64,000 nucleotides of DNA from Eledone cirrhosa. Lineage: Eukaryota. The stretch spans positions 113,522,001 through 113,586,000 of the forward strand of contig OZ024743.1 of assembly GCA_964016885.1 (NCBI GenBank). Reading direction: 5' to 3'. Of this stretch, positions 1-11,461 are shown piece after piece. Both the position numbers and the translations under genes were made by a program. Under the pieces are notes generated by a model. That model made no database searches and was not told the origin of the DNA. It saw nothing but the letters and a program-made list of their open reading frames with translations. Positions within the stretch are counted from its first letter, which is position 1. The number at the start of each line of letters is the position of its first letter.

Positions 1-2684
1 CCACGCTTGCATGGGTTTGGACGGGGGTTTTCCCACTTGAGGCAAGGGTGGTTGTCTTGCTCGCATAGGACTGTCTGGCGGGTTTTCTACAGTTGGATGC
101 CCTTCCTAACACCAACCACATTTACAGTGTAGGGCTGGGAGGTTTTTACCGTGTTGCCTACACGGCCACATTACAGCGTGGACTGTCTGGCGGGTTTTCT
201 ACAGCTGGATGCCCTTCCTAACACCAACCACATTTACAGTGTGGGGCTGGGAGGTTTTTACCGTGTTGCCTACACGGCCACATTTACAGCGTGGACTGTG
301 TGTTTTTTTGTCGTGACACCTACACGATCTCATTTGTTTCGGCCTGGATGTTGTGGGACCAACATAACTTTACATTGAAAGGGGCGGTGTGGATGGGGTG
401 GAGGTGGTGGGACGGGGGGGGTTGATAGAGATGCCTACTGACTGTAGTAGGTTTTTACTTTGTATTTAGGTAAGGCGGGTCTTCTCTATTACTGAGTAGC
501 GCCAAAGGTCTCGGTCCAGTGACATTGTCTTGGAGAGGTGTGAGGTCGGAATTTATCAGCTCGTCCCATGTTTTTCTGGGTCTGCCTACTCCGTGGCTAC
601 CGTCTATCTTTATTGCCCTGCACTTTGTTATACAGCTGTCGTCTTTCATGCGCATCACGTGACCGTACCAATGTAGCCTTCTCTCGAGTAAACAACATCT
701 GATCCCTCTTATTTCTAATTTTTTCCTTAGTTCGTTTATGCTTTGCCGTTCACGTATATTACTATTGCACATCCAGCGGAGCATGCAAGCTTCGTTCCTC
801 TCTAGTCTGCATATATCCTCTGCACACAATGCCCAGGTCTCACTGCCATGCAGCATTGCTGTTTGTATGCAGGCATCGTATAACCTGCCTTTCATTTTTA
901 GGGAGAACCCTCTAGCGGCTAATAGTGGTATAAGCTCTCTGAACTTTTTCCATCCAGTTCTACTGTACTTTCAGAGCACCCTCCCCCACTGCTGATTTTG
1001 TCACCCAGGTAACGGAAGCTGTCCACTATTTCTATAGAACCCTCTGCGCAGTTGAAGGAGCTAGTATTTTGTGGGCACTTGCTGCTACTTATTGCACCAG
1101 AGCACCGGCCACATGTAAAATCTATGTTCTTAGTTAGCTTACCTGTGATCCCACTACATCTTTTATGCACCCATACTTTGCATTTGGGACATAAAATGGA
1201 GTTTCTACCTACGCCTTTCCTACACACTGAGCATGGCCATTTCCCAGATGGGACTGCCGCCTTATTTTCTTTCCTACAAACTAGAACTTTAGTCTTAGCC
1301 AGGTTAATTTTAAGGCCTTTTGATTCTAGGCCGTGCTTCCATGTTTGGAATTTCTTCTCTAGTTCGGTCATTGATTCAGCTATGAGCGTTAGATCATCTG
1401 CGTATAGGAGTTCCCATGGGCAGCCGGTCTTGAACTCCTCTGTTATTGCCTGAAGGGCAATAATAAATAGTAGGGGGCTAAGAACAGAGCCCTGATGGAC
1501 ACCAACTTTTACGCTAAACTCTTCACTATATTCGTTGTTAATTCTAACCTTACTGACTGTTTCTTTATACATGGCTTGTATAGCTCTCACAAGCCATTCG
1601 TCAACACCTAGTTTTCTAAGAGACCACCAGATAATGGAACGGGGGACTCTGTCGAAGGCTTTCTCCAAGTCGACGAAAGCTAAGTATAGGGGTTTACTTT
1701 TAGCTAGGTACTTCTCCTGTAGTTGTCGTACAATGAAAAGAGCGTCTGTGGTACTTTTGCCTGACACAAATCCGAACTGCATTTCATCTAGATCAATTCT
1801 CTCTCTGATTAGTTGCGCTATTACTTTTTCCGTGACCTTCATGACCTGGTCGATTAATTTAATGCCTCTATAGTTACTCCTATCTAGGGCATCTCCTTTT
1901 CCCTTATAGCAGTTAACGATGATGCTGCTACGCCAGTCCTTCGGAACAACCCCATTCTGTACGACTTGGTTAACTATCCGGGTGACCATGGTGTGTCCCA
2001 CCGAACCAGATGCCTTCAGCATCTCAGCAACTATTTCCGAAGGACCAGCCGCCTTACCCGTCTTCATATCTTTGATTGCCTTGCTTATTGTACTACCCTG
2101 GACTAACACTGCTGGTCCCTCTATTGGGTCGATGTGGGGGAGACTGTCTTTCTCCCATTTGTTCTCCTCATTTAGAAGCCTTTCGTAGTGACACTTCCAA
2201 GCTACCTTCTTATCAGCGTCGGTGATGGCAAGTATGCCATCATCGTTAAGTACACACTTCTCCCCGACAATATCACGGTTTTCCTTGACACATTGCCTGG
2301 CAATCCTGAACACCTCACGTTTTTGGTCCTCACGTTGTAGAACATGCTTGAACTTTCTTTCCTCTGCTTCCCTTCTTGCGAAGTACACTTGTCTCCTAGC
2401 TTCCCTCCTGGCCACTTGATAGTCTTCTCTACTTCCCCCATCCCGCCATGCTTTCCAAGCCTGCTTTTTGGCCTTAATTGACTCCTCCACCTTACTGTTC
2501 CACCACCACGTTACTCTCCTCCTGCCTACAGGCCTGCTCCAGCCACAGACTTTGTCTGCTGCCGTCAGCAGGTTTGCTCTCAGGAATTCCCACTGTTCCT
2601 CTATATTATACGACTCTAATTGCTCTTCCTTACTGTCGAAAGCGTCAAGTAATATGCTTTGAAATTTATTTCTGGCTATGGGGT
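1..2684 (-). mobile_element. RTE-clade LINE, 5'-truncated (RT, PHD-like insert, C-terminus, 3' UTR), frameshifted
   Basis: ORF 919..2952(-) has RT motifs [47 protein letters not shown] 455..895 has RTE C-terminal WYGHVMR and GRPRKTW. A ~10-bp deletion near 961 relative to the + copy breaks the frame. The N-terminal YIYI part of the ORF is microsatellite read-through. Confidence 0.95.
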
Positions 2685-2685
2685 G

Positions 2686-2722
<37 letters not shown>

Positions 2723-2902
2723 GAATGTATGTATATATATATATACATATGAATGTATATATATATATATATATATACATATGAATGTATATAGATATGT
2801 ATATAGATATATATATACATATGAATGTATGTATATATAGATATGTATATAGATATATATATACATATGAATGTATGTATATATAGATATGTATATATAT
2901 AT
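2685..2902. repeat. (TA)n-derived minisatellite with ACATATGAATGT units
   Basis: Directly visible; separates the two divergent RTE copies. Confidence 0.9.
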
Positions 2903-4066
2903 GCGTAGGTAGAAATTCCATTTTGTGTCCCAAATGCAAAGTTTGGGTTCATAAAAGATGTAGTGGGATCACAGGTAAGCTAACTAAGAACATAGATTTT
3001 ACATGTGGCCGGTGTTCTGGGGCAATAAGTAGCAGCAAGTGCCCACAAAATACTAGCTCTTTCAACTGCGCAGAGGGTTCTATAGAAATAGTGGACAGCT
3101 TCCGTTACCTGGGTGACAAAATCAGCAGTGGGGGAGGGTGCTCTGAAAGTACAGTAACTAGAGTCAGAACTGGGTGGAAAAGGTTCAGAGAGCTTATACC
3201 ACTATTAGCCGCTAAAGGGTTCTCCCTAAAAGTGAAAGGCAGGTTGTACGATGCCTGCATACGAACAGCAATGTTGCATGGCAGTGAGACCTGGGCATTG
3301 TGTGCAGAGGATATACGCAGACTAGAGAGAAACGAAGCTTGCATGCTCCGCTGGATGTGTAATAGTAATTTACGTGAACGACAAAGCATAAACGAACTAA
3401 GGAAAAAATTAGAAATAAGAGGGATCAGATGTTGTTTACTAGAGAGAAGGCTACGTTGGTATGGTCACGTGATGCGCATGAAGGACGATAGCTGTATAAC
3501 AAAGTGCAGGGCAATAAAGATAGACGGTAGCCACGGAATAGGCAGACCCAGAAAAACCTGGGACGAGCTGATAAACTCCGACCTCACACACTTACACCTC
3601 ACCAAGACAATGTCACTGGACCGAGACCTTTGGCGGTACTCAGTAATAGAGAAGACCCGCCTTACCTAAATACAAAGTAAAACCTACTACAGTCAGTAGG
3701 CATCTCTAACAAAATACACCCCCGTCCCACCACCCCCACCCCATCCACACCGCCCCCTTCTATGTAAAGTTATGTTGGTGCCACACCATCCAGGCCGAAA
3801 CAAATGAGATCGTGTAGGTGTCACGACAAAAAAACACACAGTCCACGCTGTAATGTGGCCGTGTAGGCAACACGGTAAAAACCTCCCAGACCCACACTGT
3901 AAATGTGGTTGGTGTTAGGAAGGGCATCCAACTGTAGAAAACTTGCCAGACAGTCCTATGCGAGCAAGACAATCACTCTTGCCTCAAGTGGGAAAACCCC
4001 CGTCCAAACCCATGCAAGCGTGGAACACGGACGTTAAACGATGATGATGATGATGATGATGATGAT
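2903..4066 (+). mobile_element. RTE-clade LINE 3' fragment with (GAT)n tail; inverted relative to 1-1213
   Basis: ORF 2923..3669 (FRYLG, LHGSETW, WYGHVMR, GRPRKTW). The 3' UTR ends GGACGTTAAACGATGATGAT and is the reverse complement of 1-1213. Confidence 0.95.
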
Positions 4067-4459
4067 ATAGATATGTGTGTGTGTGTATGTATCTATAAAC
4101 ACAAAGATATTATGTATAAATTCATTAGAAAATTATGGTTTGCTTATTTTATTGCTAGTTTTCTATTCTAAGAATAGCAGAATAAGAATCCTATGGTGAG
4201 GTGTGAGAGGGATCCACTGTTGTGGTGTTAGGCTGCAGTGGTGTAGTGAGAGATAGAGGAGGAGTTTTTATGTAAGATACAGAATCTAAAACACACTCAC
4301 CTTTGACACCTCCAATATTGCAATGGAACTTTGCCAGTGAAAGAAACAGAAATTGAAAGTTGTTAAACTGAATAAGTTTCAGTTTCTTTCCTGCTTTGTA
4401 AACCAACGAGAGGAAAAAATCTTGACTACTAAATTTTATCATAATCTTCATTATGGCTA

Positions 4460-4665
4460 GATAGATTTTATGGGTAAAACTAACTGGCAATGGAGACCCA
4501 GGGATAAACTCCAAGCAAGATGGTTGGATAACATCCATGAGCTTGGTTGGTGTATGCTTGGGGATCCAGCTGAACCAGTTGGAGACGTTGCTTCTGACAG
4601 GACCCGCTGGAGGAGTGTTTGAGGACTCTGCCCCCATGACCCTCTCAAGTGGGTGAAGAAGAAGT
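4460..4665 (+). mobile_element. 3' end of a second RTE-type LINE family with (GAA)n tail
   Basis: Matches 46890-47095 and, inverted, 33870-34095 (GACAGGACCCGCTGGA...GACCCTCTCA...GAAGAAGA). Confidence 0.8.
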
Positions 4666-4682
4666 TAGTATTGAAAAATGGC

Positions 4683-4906
4683 TTAACCCTTTAGCATTTA
4701 AACTGGCCATATTTGACCAAAATTCTCCCACCTCTTTCTGTTCAAACCGGTCGTAAGTGGCCGCTCATACTGATGTCAACATATTGTTTTCAAAATAAAT
4801 ATCAAAATCTTGTAGATTCAATACTATGTGAGATAATTATGTAAAATAAAGCCTTTTATGTGAAAATACAATAGTAAACAGAGTAATGTGAATGCTAAAG
4901 AGTTCA
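4683..4906 (+). mobile_element. TTAA-flanked MITE (piggyBac-like termini)
   Basis: Starts TTAACCCTTTAGCATTT and ends AATGCTAAAGAGTT; ~225 bp, multi-copy in window. Confidence 0.75.
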
Positions 4907-5344
4907 AGTATGTTATACAAGGTTGCTAGATGTATTACTTATGTTGGACATAAACATCTATCACCACAGGCTTATAACAGTGTTGTTTGTAACAACTGGC
5001 ATACAGTCACAGGCACATATATGCATACACACATACAAATGCATGCTCACACACATATACTTTTGAAAATAATCAAGAATTTAGTAATATAATTAACTTC
5101 CTCTCTCATTTTTAAATTGTTGTTTGGAACATAACTTAACAAAGGTTCATTGTCATCATCATACATGTGTTGCTCCATGGTTGCATCAGTTGGATGGATC
5201 CATCTCAGAACAGCATCTCTCCACTTGTGTTCTTTTGTTATCTTTTCCATGAGCATTAGCAATCTGAGATCAGCTCCTGATCACCTACACAGGCACTAGA
5301 GAGGTTGTCTTACCAGACTGATGGGTCCTCTCTACCCTGTATCA

Positions 5345-5670
5345 GTTTTTATTCAGAGTGACTTCTTCCCTAAATAGGTTGCCTACATTTCAGCTTACAG
5401 AGCCCACATCTATCCTGTGCAGTCATATTTTATTCAAAGCCACTGCCCCCCCTAGATGGGCTGCCTTCTCCATGCCTTATGGATCCCACATCTGTCTTGT
5501 GCAATATTGTATTTTATTCAAAGTCACTGCTCTCACAATCAGGGCATCTTTTGCATGGCTTACGGAGCCCAGATCTGTCCCATGTTGATTTATTTTATTG
5601 AGTCACTGGCCTCTTAGCCAAGTTCGCTTCATCCTGGGTTATGGAATACATGTCTGTTCCATGCAATCTT
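5345..5670. repeat. Four degenerate tandem units of ~83 bp
   Basis: Recurring TTTTATTCA(A/G)AGTCACTG...AGCCCACATCTGTC motif. Confidence 0.6.
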
Positions 5671-6472
5671 ATATAAATTTATGAGAAAGGGGCTTTTTTT
5701 TTTAGATAAATATAAACAATTTAAAATAAATAGCTATGTATCATAAGCAGTTTTGGTTGGTTTGATATCAAAAGGATTAAACTGGTGTTGGGAACATAAC
5801 TTAACACAAGTTTCTTTTTAGATAAATATCAACAATTTAAAACACAGTTTTATATTGTGTAACCAGTTTTTGGTGGATTGGTATCAAAAGGGCTTAAGTA
5901 TCAATTAGTCTTCCAATAATAGACCAAAAACAACCTTCAAATCTGCCTTCTATTAGAGAGAACATAGTAGGTTGACATGTTTGGTGTGTTTAGCTATAAT
6001 TATAATATCACTTAGCAGATTTTCATTGTTGATCAGGAAAATTACTGACATCTATTTACGGACCCACAAACACACATACATGTACAAACACACACACATG
6101 CACACAGACACACACACACAGACACATACACTATAATTACCTGCAGATATAATCATATCCTCTTGAGCTAACAAAGGAGCCACTATGAGTGCTAGAAATA
6201 ACAACCAAACCATCTTTTAATCACAACCTACCATGTTAAAAAGGGACTCATTAGATAAAGTGTTTCTGGACACCCTGAATGTAAGAAAAGGACAGGATGA
6301 TTATGATTAGAATGGCTTTGTATTACAGGGCAGCTCAGTCATAGTTGACCTGGGGTTAAACAACAACACACCATTATAAGCTCTTTATACATCTAACACA
6401 TTCATGTTTGTATGTATGTATATATATAAATATATACACCATAGACACACATGTGGCTGTGTGACAATTTTT

Positions 6473-6630
6473 ATGTACGTATGCATGTATGTATGTATGC
6501 ATGTATGTATGTACGTATGCATGTATGTATGTATGCATGTATGTATGTATGCATGTATGTATGCATGTATGCATGTATGTATGTATGCATGTATGCATGT
6601 ATGTATGCATGTATGTATGTATGAATTTAT
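6473..6630. repeat. (ATGT/ATGC)n microsatellite
   Basis: Directly visible; followed by (CA)/(CT)n at 6690-6845. Confidence 0.9.
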
Positions 6631-7174
6631 GTATGAGGTCTGTTCAGATAAACACTGATATATATGCATGAAGTTTTTCTACTAAACACTCTCACACACA
6701 CACTCACTCTCTCTCTCTGTCTCTCTCTCTCTCTCACTCTCTCTCTGTCTTGCTCTGTATTTCTTTGTCTGTATTTCTCTGTCGTCTATATCTCTCTCTC
6801 TGTCATCATCTATCTTTCTCCCTCTGTCTTTGTCTCTCTCCCTCTCCAGCTACGCCCTAGATATAGATCACAGCATAACAGGAATATAAAGACTATGTAA
6901 AAAATAAACCGACACAATTCTTATTTAACATTGAAATTAGTCATCATTTCTATTCCTTCTGGCCAATATTGAATGAAGATGAAGTCATTTGTAAATTCTC
7001 TGGTTTGTTTAGTAGTCATGACTATCTTAGTAAACTCATTGTCATAGTAACAGCTCCCTCAAGTGTTTGTGTTGACTTCATTGTCTTCTTTCATTGTCTT
7101 CTTTCATTGTTTAACCCTTTTCAGACCAACCTCTCAATTAGTCTACTTAATAAACATAGCAGATGGCAAATTGG

Positions 7175-7520
7175 CAGAGATGTTAGAATATTGGATAGAA
7201 AGCTTCGTTGCAGTGAATCTAACTTTTTGTACTCCCGGTTGAAATTGGCTGAGGTTTACTTCACCTTTCATCCTTTCAAGGCTGATGAAAAAAAGTACCA
7301 GTCCAGTACTGAAGATGATTCCTCCTCTATACTTCTTTCTCATTTTCTCTTTACCATTCACTCTCTCTTTCTCTTGATGAAATCAACTTTGTTCAGACCT
7401 GGAGGAGGATGGACTCTGCCTGGTTTAAAATGCTCAACACTCACTGTATGTCACAATGTCACCTCTATGACTCCATCAGGGGTTACAGGTTCATACATAC
7501 AACTGACAGGATTTGTTTTT
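7175..7520 (+). mobile_element. Old tRNA-SINE with extended tail (same composite as 52650-53200)
   Basis: Degenerate SINE head/core, then a CT-rich linker and TTCAGAC..GGAGG..ATGG.CTCT.CC.GGTTTAAAATG shared with 53089-53130. Confidence 0.6.
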
Positions 7521-7823
7521 GAACCTACAGAACTGGACGCTAGTAGCATTCTGGGCCCTCAAAACACCTCTATACTCATTGCTATCAGGGTGGTGTTGGC
7601 CACCTGCAGGAGTGCGCTCAATGAATTGAAATAGTTATATTTCAGTCCACTTCCCTTGTTAATATCTAGGGTCACACTTTCTCTATTCTGTCCCTGGAAC
7701 CATGAGGCAGCATGCATTTGGCGTTCTGCACATCAGTGTGTGTTCTACCACATTGTCTGGGTATATATCAATGTGGTAGACATGGTGTTGCTCTATGTGT
7801 GTATATATATATATATATATATA

Positions 7824-8332
7824 CTAACAGTGGTACCTGGCGTTGCACGGGATAACGTATTGTGAAATATATAACCGCCTTAACTAAGCTTAGTATTGCC
7901 ACAACCACGGCTGGCAAAGAAGTAAGGGTCTGGTGGTACGTAAGTAAGCAACACTGTGGCTTAAAACGTGAGGAAGAAGTTGTGTGCACTTACCAACCGT
8001 TTGGAGAATGAGTGTGAGATTTGTCTTGAGCAAGGGTGGCAGAATAACCGGAGGCAGCAGACAGTCAGACATACAGACAGATATTATAAGGGTGCAACGT
8101 TATATGTATGTATCTATCTAAAAAGAGAAAGACTAAGAATTATAGAGAGAGATCGCCTAATGCGGTCCCTAGGGCATTGAAAATTTAAAATTATTTTTGC
8201 TCAGAACACTCCCTGAAACATAAGTATTACATGTGTAAAGTTTGAAAACAGTCGGTTGGATGGTTCTCTAGTTTTAGGGATTCAAACTCACACACACACA
8301 GACAGACATCCGCAGTTTTATATATATATAGA
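7824..8332 (-). mobile_element. Non-autonomous Helitron (Lep1-like architecture)
   Basis: Minus strand starts TCTATATATATATAAAACTGCGGATGTCTGTCTGTGTG and ends CCCGTGCAACGCCAGGTACCACTGTTAG (hairpin plus YTAG); inserted between A and T with no TSD. Confidence 0.75.
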
Positions 8333-8395
8333 TATATATGTCCAACTCTTGCAAGCAGGGAAAAGCGGACGTAAAAATGATGATGATGATGATGA

Positions 8396-8612
8396 TGTAT
8401 CTGTCAAAATTACATAGATTGATATACTACCATTTTGATATTGTATGTGTATATAAATATATACATACATACACACATTCACATTTTCAAAGCTGCAGAA
8501 ACTAATTCTACCAAAATATAGTTACACTTTATATGTGCATGTATGTATATATTTATATACACATACAATATCAAAATGGTAGTATATCAGTCAATGTAAT
8601 TTTGAGGGATAC
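8396..8612. repeat. Fold-back element, ~74-bp inverted arms
   Basis: 8396-8470 is the near-perfect reverse complement of 8539-8612. Confidence 0.85.
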
Positions 8613-8624
8613 ATATATATATGA

Positions 8625-8848
8625 TAATGGTTTCTGATTTAGACACATGACCAGTAATTTTGGGGGAAAAGGAAAGTTGATTAAATCGACTCCAGTGTAT
8701 TACTGGTACTTTATTTTATCAACACCATAAGGATGAAAGGCAAAGCTAACCTCGGCGGGATTTGATCTCAGAATGCAAAAGGGCCATAACTCTATGCTGC
8801 TAAGTATGTTGTCCGATGCTCTACCAGTTCTAAATATCCATCGCCCAC
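8625..8848 (-). mobile_element. tRNA-derived SINE family A
   Basis: Reverse complement of consensus TCAAATCCCGCCGAGGTTAACTTTGCCTTTCATCC...AATAAAGTACCAG. Confidence 0.85.
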
Positions 8849-8989
8849 ATACATATATATAATAATCAGAACATATTTTCTCGTTCTTTAATGGCTTTGG
8901 CTATAAGGACCAGATCATCAGCATAGAGAAGTTCCCATGGGCAGCCAGTCTTAAACTTCTCTGTTATAGCCTGACGAATTATAATGCCA

Positions 8990-9935
8990 GCCCTCGCAAT
9001 TCGGATTTATCCCTAACTGGGATAAATTGCTGTGATCAACTTATAAAGTTTCTTGAAGATATCATCCGGATCACTGATAGCTGCTCATGGGTGGATGTTG
9101 TTTACCTTGACTTTGCTAAAGCTTTCAATTCTGTGCCACACAAAAGACTTATGGCAAAATTCTCTGAAATAGGTGTGAGAGATGATCTTTTTAACTGGTT
9201 GAAGTCCTTCATTCTCAATCGAAAAGAGGTAGTCACAGTTGTAAGGCAGCATTCTTCACCCTATGAGATGTCATCTGGTGTACTGCAGGGATCTATTCTT
9301 TTGTTTGTTGCATATATTAATGACATAGATGCCAACTTAAAGAATGCCACATTGCTAAAATGTGCAGATGACATCAAGCTGTACCTTGAGATAAAAAGGA
9401 CAGATCCTGAACACTATAGATCTTTCCTGCAATCAGACCTGGACACAATGCAGCAATGGATCACCGACTGGCAACTCAAGCTGGCTGTGGACAAGTATAC
9501 CACCATGCATTTTGGGAGGAAAAAACCCAGCATTCACACTCCCTCCACAATACTAATATCAAAAAGTCTTCTTGTGAACGTGACCTGGGCATTACTGTCA
9601 GCAGCGATTTGCGTTGGACAAAGCACGTCTCTAAAATTGTCAAGAGGACCGAGGGTGTCTTAGCATTACTAAGCAAGACCCTTGTCAGCCACTCTCTAGC
9701 TATCTATTTAAAGCTGTATATAGCTTTGATGCGGCCACACTTAGAATTTTCATCACCAGTCTATCTTGCTCAGATCATTGACCTGGAAACTGTTCAGAGA
9801 TGTGCAACAAACGAATACCCTCCATCAGGCATCTACCATACTCTGAATGCCTTGCTTCCCTGGACATGGATACATTGAAACTTCGATGTCTGGCAACTGA
9901 CTTGGGAAACACCCACAAAATTATTCACCATCTAT
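8990..9935 (+). mobile_element. CR1/L2-group LINE RT fragment (pseudogene)
   Basis: DVVYLDFAKAFNSVPHKRL, SGVLQGSIL, CADDIKLY, ERDLGI and RPHLEF across frameshifted ORFs 9091..9663 and 9456..9878. Confidence 0.9.
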
Positions 9936-10060
9936 CAGGTGTTATGGGACCATACATACATACATGCATGTTTATGAATGCATACACACATGTATGTGTG
10001 CAAATTATAGGTATATATATATTGGAGTATATATATAGACGTATAGGTATATATATATAT

Positions 10061-10395
10061 GGAGGCACATGGCTTAGTGGTTAGAGCATTGGCCTTGCAA
10101 TCGAAAGGTTGTGAGTTCAATTCTCAGACCGGGTGATGTATTGTTTCCTTGAGCAAGACACTTTATTTCACATTGCTCCAGTTTACTCAGCTGTAGAAAT
10201 GAGATGATAGGGACTGGGGTCCCTATCATTCCACTGCAAAGTGGTCGTGAAAGTGCCACGGCAAAAAAGCACCCAGCACTCACTGTAAATGAGGTTGGTG
10301 TTAGGAAGGGCATCCAGCTGTAGAAATCAAGCCAGAATCAGTTCCCGTCCCACCCTTGCACGCAGGGAAAAGCAGACGTAAAATGAAATGATGAT
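10061..10395 (+). mobile_element. tRNA-derived SINE family B with RTE-derived 3' tail
   Basis: A box TGGCTTAGTGG, B box GAGTTCAATTC, CCTTGAGCAAGACACTT core, LINE-like tail ending GACGTAAAATGA; in (TA)n. Confidence 0.9.
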
Positions 10396-10480
10396 ATATA
10401 TATATGCAGAGGTTATATTTAATTTGTTGGGATTCAACAAGCTTAAACATTTTTAACAACAAGCTAGTGGAGTAAATACA

Positions 10481-10738
10481 CAATATATTAATAAATGGAA
10501 ACTATATTTATAAAACCATATTTATTTTATTATATATATATTTCAAGGGCAACCAAGTCAAATTATGGTGTGCTTTCATCAGATAAAATACAGATTTGTT
10601 TTATAAATAAATATTGACATACCCAGAAAAAAGACAACCTTAACGGTTGGAGCTTCCTGGATAGTTGGTTGCCCTTGAAATATATATAATAAAATAAATA
10701 TGGTTTTATAAATATAGTTTCCATTTATTAATATATTG
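10481..10738. mobile_element. Inverted-repeat non-coding element carrying a hammerhead (Penelope-type terminus)
   Basis: Arms 10481-10556 and 10666-10738 are reverse complements; contains the HHR below. Confidence 0.7.
10523..10590 (-). ncRNA. Type I hammerhead ribozyme motif
   Basis: UAUUUUAU-CUGAUGA-AAG..ACCA..UGGU..CUU-GAA-AUAUAUAUAU-A-AUAAAAUA: 8-bp stem I, palindromic stem III, AUA triplet. Confidence 0.65.
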
Positions 10739-10812
10739 TATATATATATATATATATGTATATATGCAAATACTTATGTGTGTGTAAATGCATATGGGGT
10801 ATGTCCATATAC

Positions 10813-11220
10813 ATTAGGGTGGCCCTTACCAATAAGTAATTTTCTGAAAGTTAACATTTTGCTGTTCCCACCCACTAACCCTGTTCGAATTAACAAAACC
10901 ACGGATTGTGCAAAATTTTAGCTCAATTGGATAACTGTTAGGCAACCCTCAAAAGCGTTGAATTTGGAACATAGTATACGCAACGATTAATTCTGTGCAA
11001 AAGCAGTATTTTCTTTTTTCTTCTTAGAGAAATTTATGTGGACACATCTAGGCAACCCCAGAAAATGTTTAAAAACCTTCTGAATCAAATTTACCAATAG
11101 TTAATTTGAAAAATTCCTGAAATAACTTAAAGAAAAACTTAAGAAATATTAGGTTTTCTAAATAAAGCACACAACCTCTATAAGAGAAACGCTTTTTTAT
11201 TTACAACAATAATTTCTATA
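10813..11220 (+). mobile_element. Partial Tc1/mariner-type MITE related to 14737-15112
   Basis: Starts ATTAGGGTGGCCCTTA...GAAAGTTAACATTTTGCTG as at 14736; right TIR not seen, so the right boundary is approximate. Confidence 0.55.
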
Positions 11221-11461
11221 GAATCAAAAACATAATGTGAACACTGAATATTGAACATTATTTTTGTGTAAGAGAGGATTTAGTGGCAGTTGGGTATGTT
11301 TTATGGTTTTCGGTAACGATCTGTAAAACAAATTGTTTCTCAGTTTCATCTTTTGTGAGAATATTATTGTAATCCTGAATGAGTTTGACACCTCTTTCTG
11401 CAACATCATTCACAACAACTGTCTTCTCAAGTTTTTTAAGTCCACATTTGTAACCAGGATC

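Noticed and set aside
1052-2662. Plus-strand ORFs overlapping the RTE (likewise those opposite the Tx1 ORF)
   Set aside because: Antisense shadow frames of the retrotransposon coding strand.
2685-2925. Twin-priming 5' inversion of a single LINE
   Set aside because: Both halves contain the same 3' region and differ by many substitutions, which fits two insertions.
6969-7634. 221-aa ORF as a host gene
   Set aside because: Runs through MITE and SINE sequence, starts at a TTG and has no recognisable domain.
10061-10135. tRNA genes at SINE heads
   Set aside because: A and B boxes are present but there is no full cloverleaf, and each continues into SINE core and tail.
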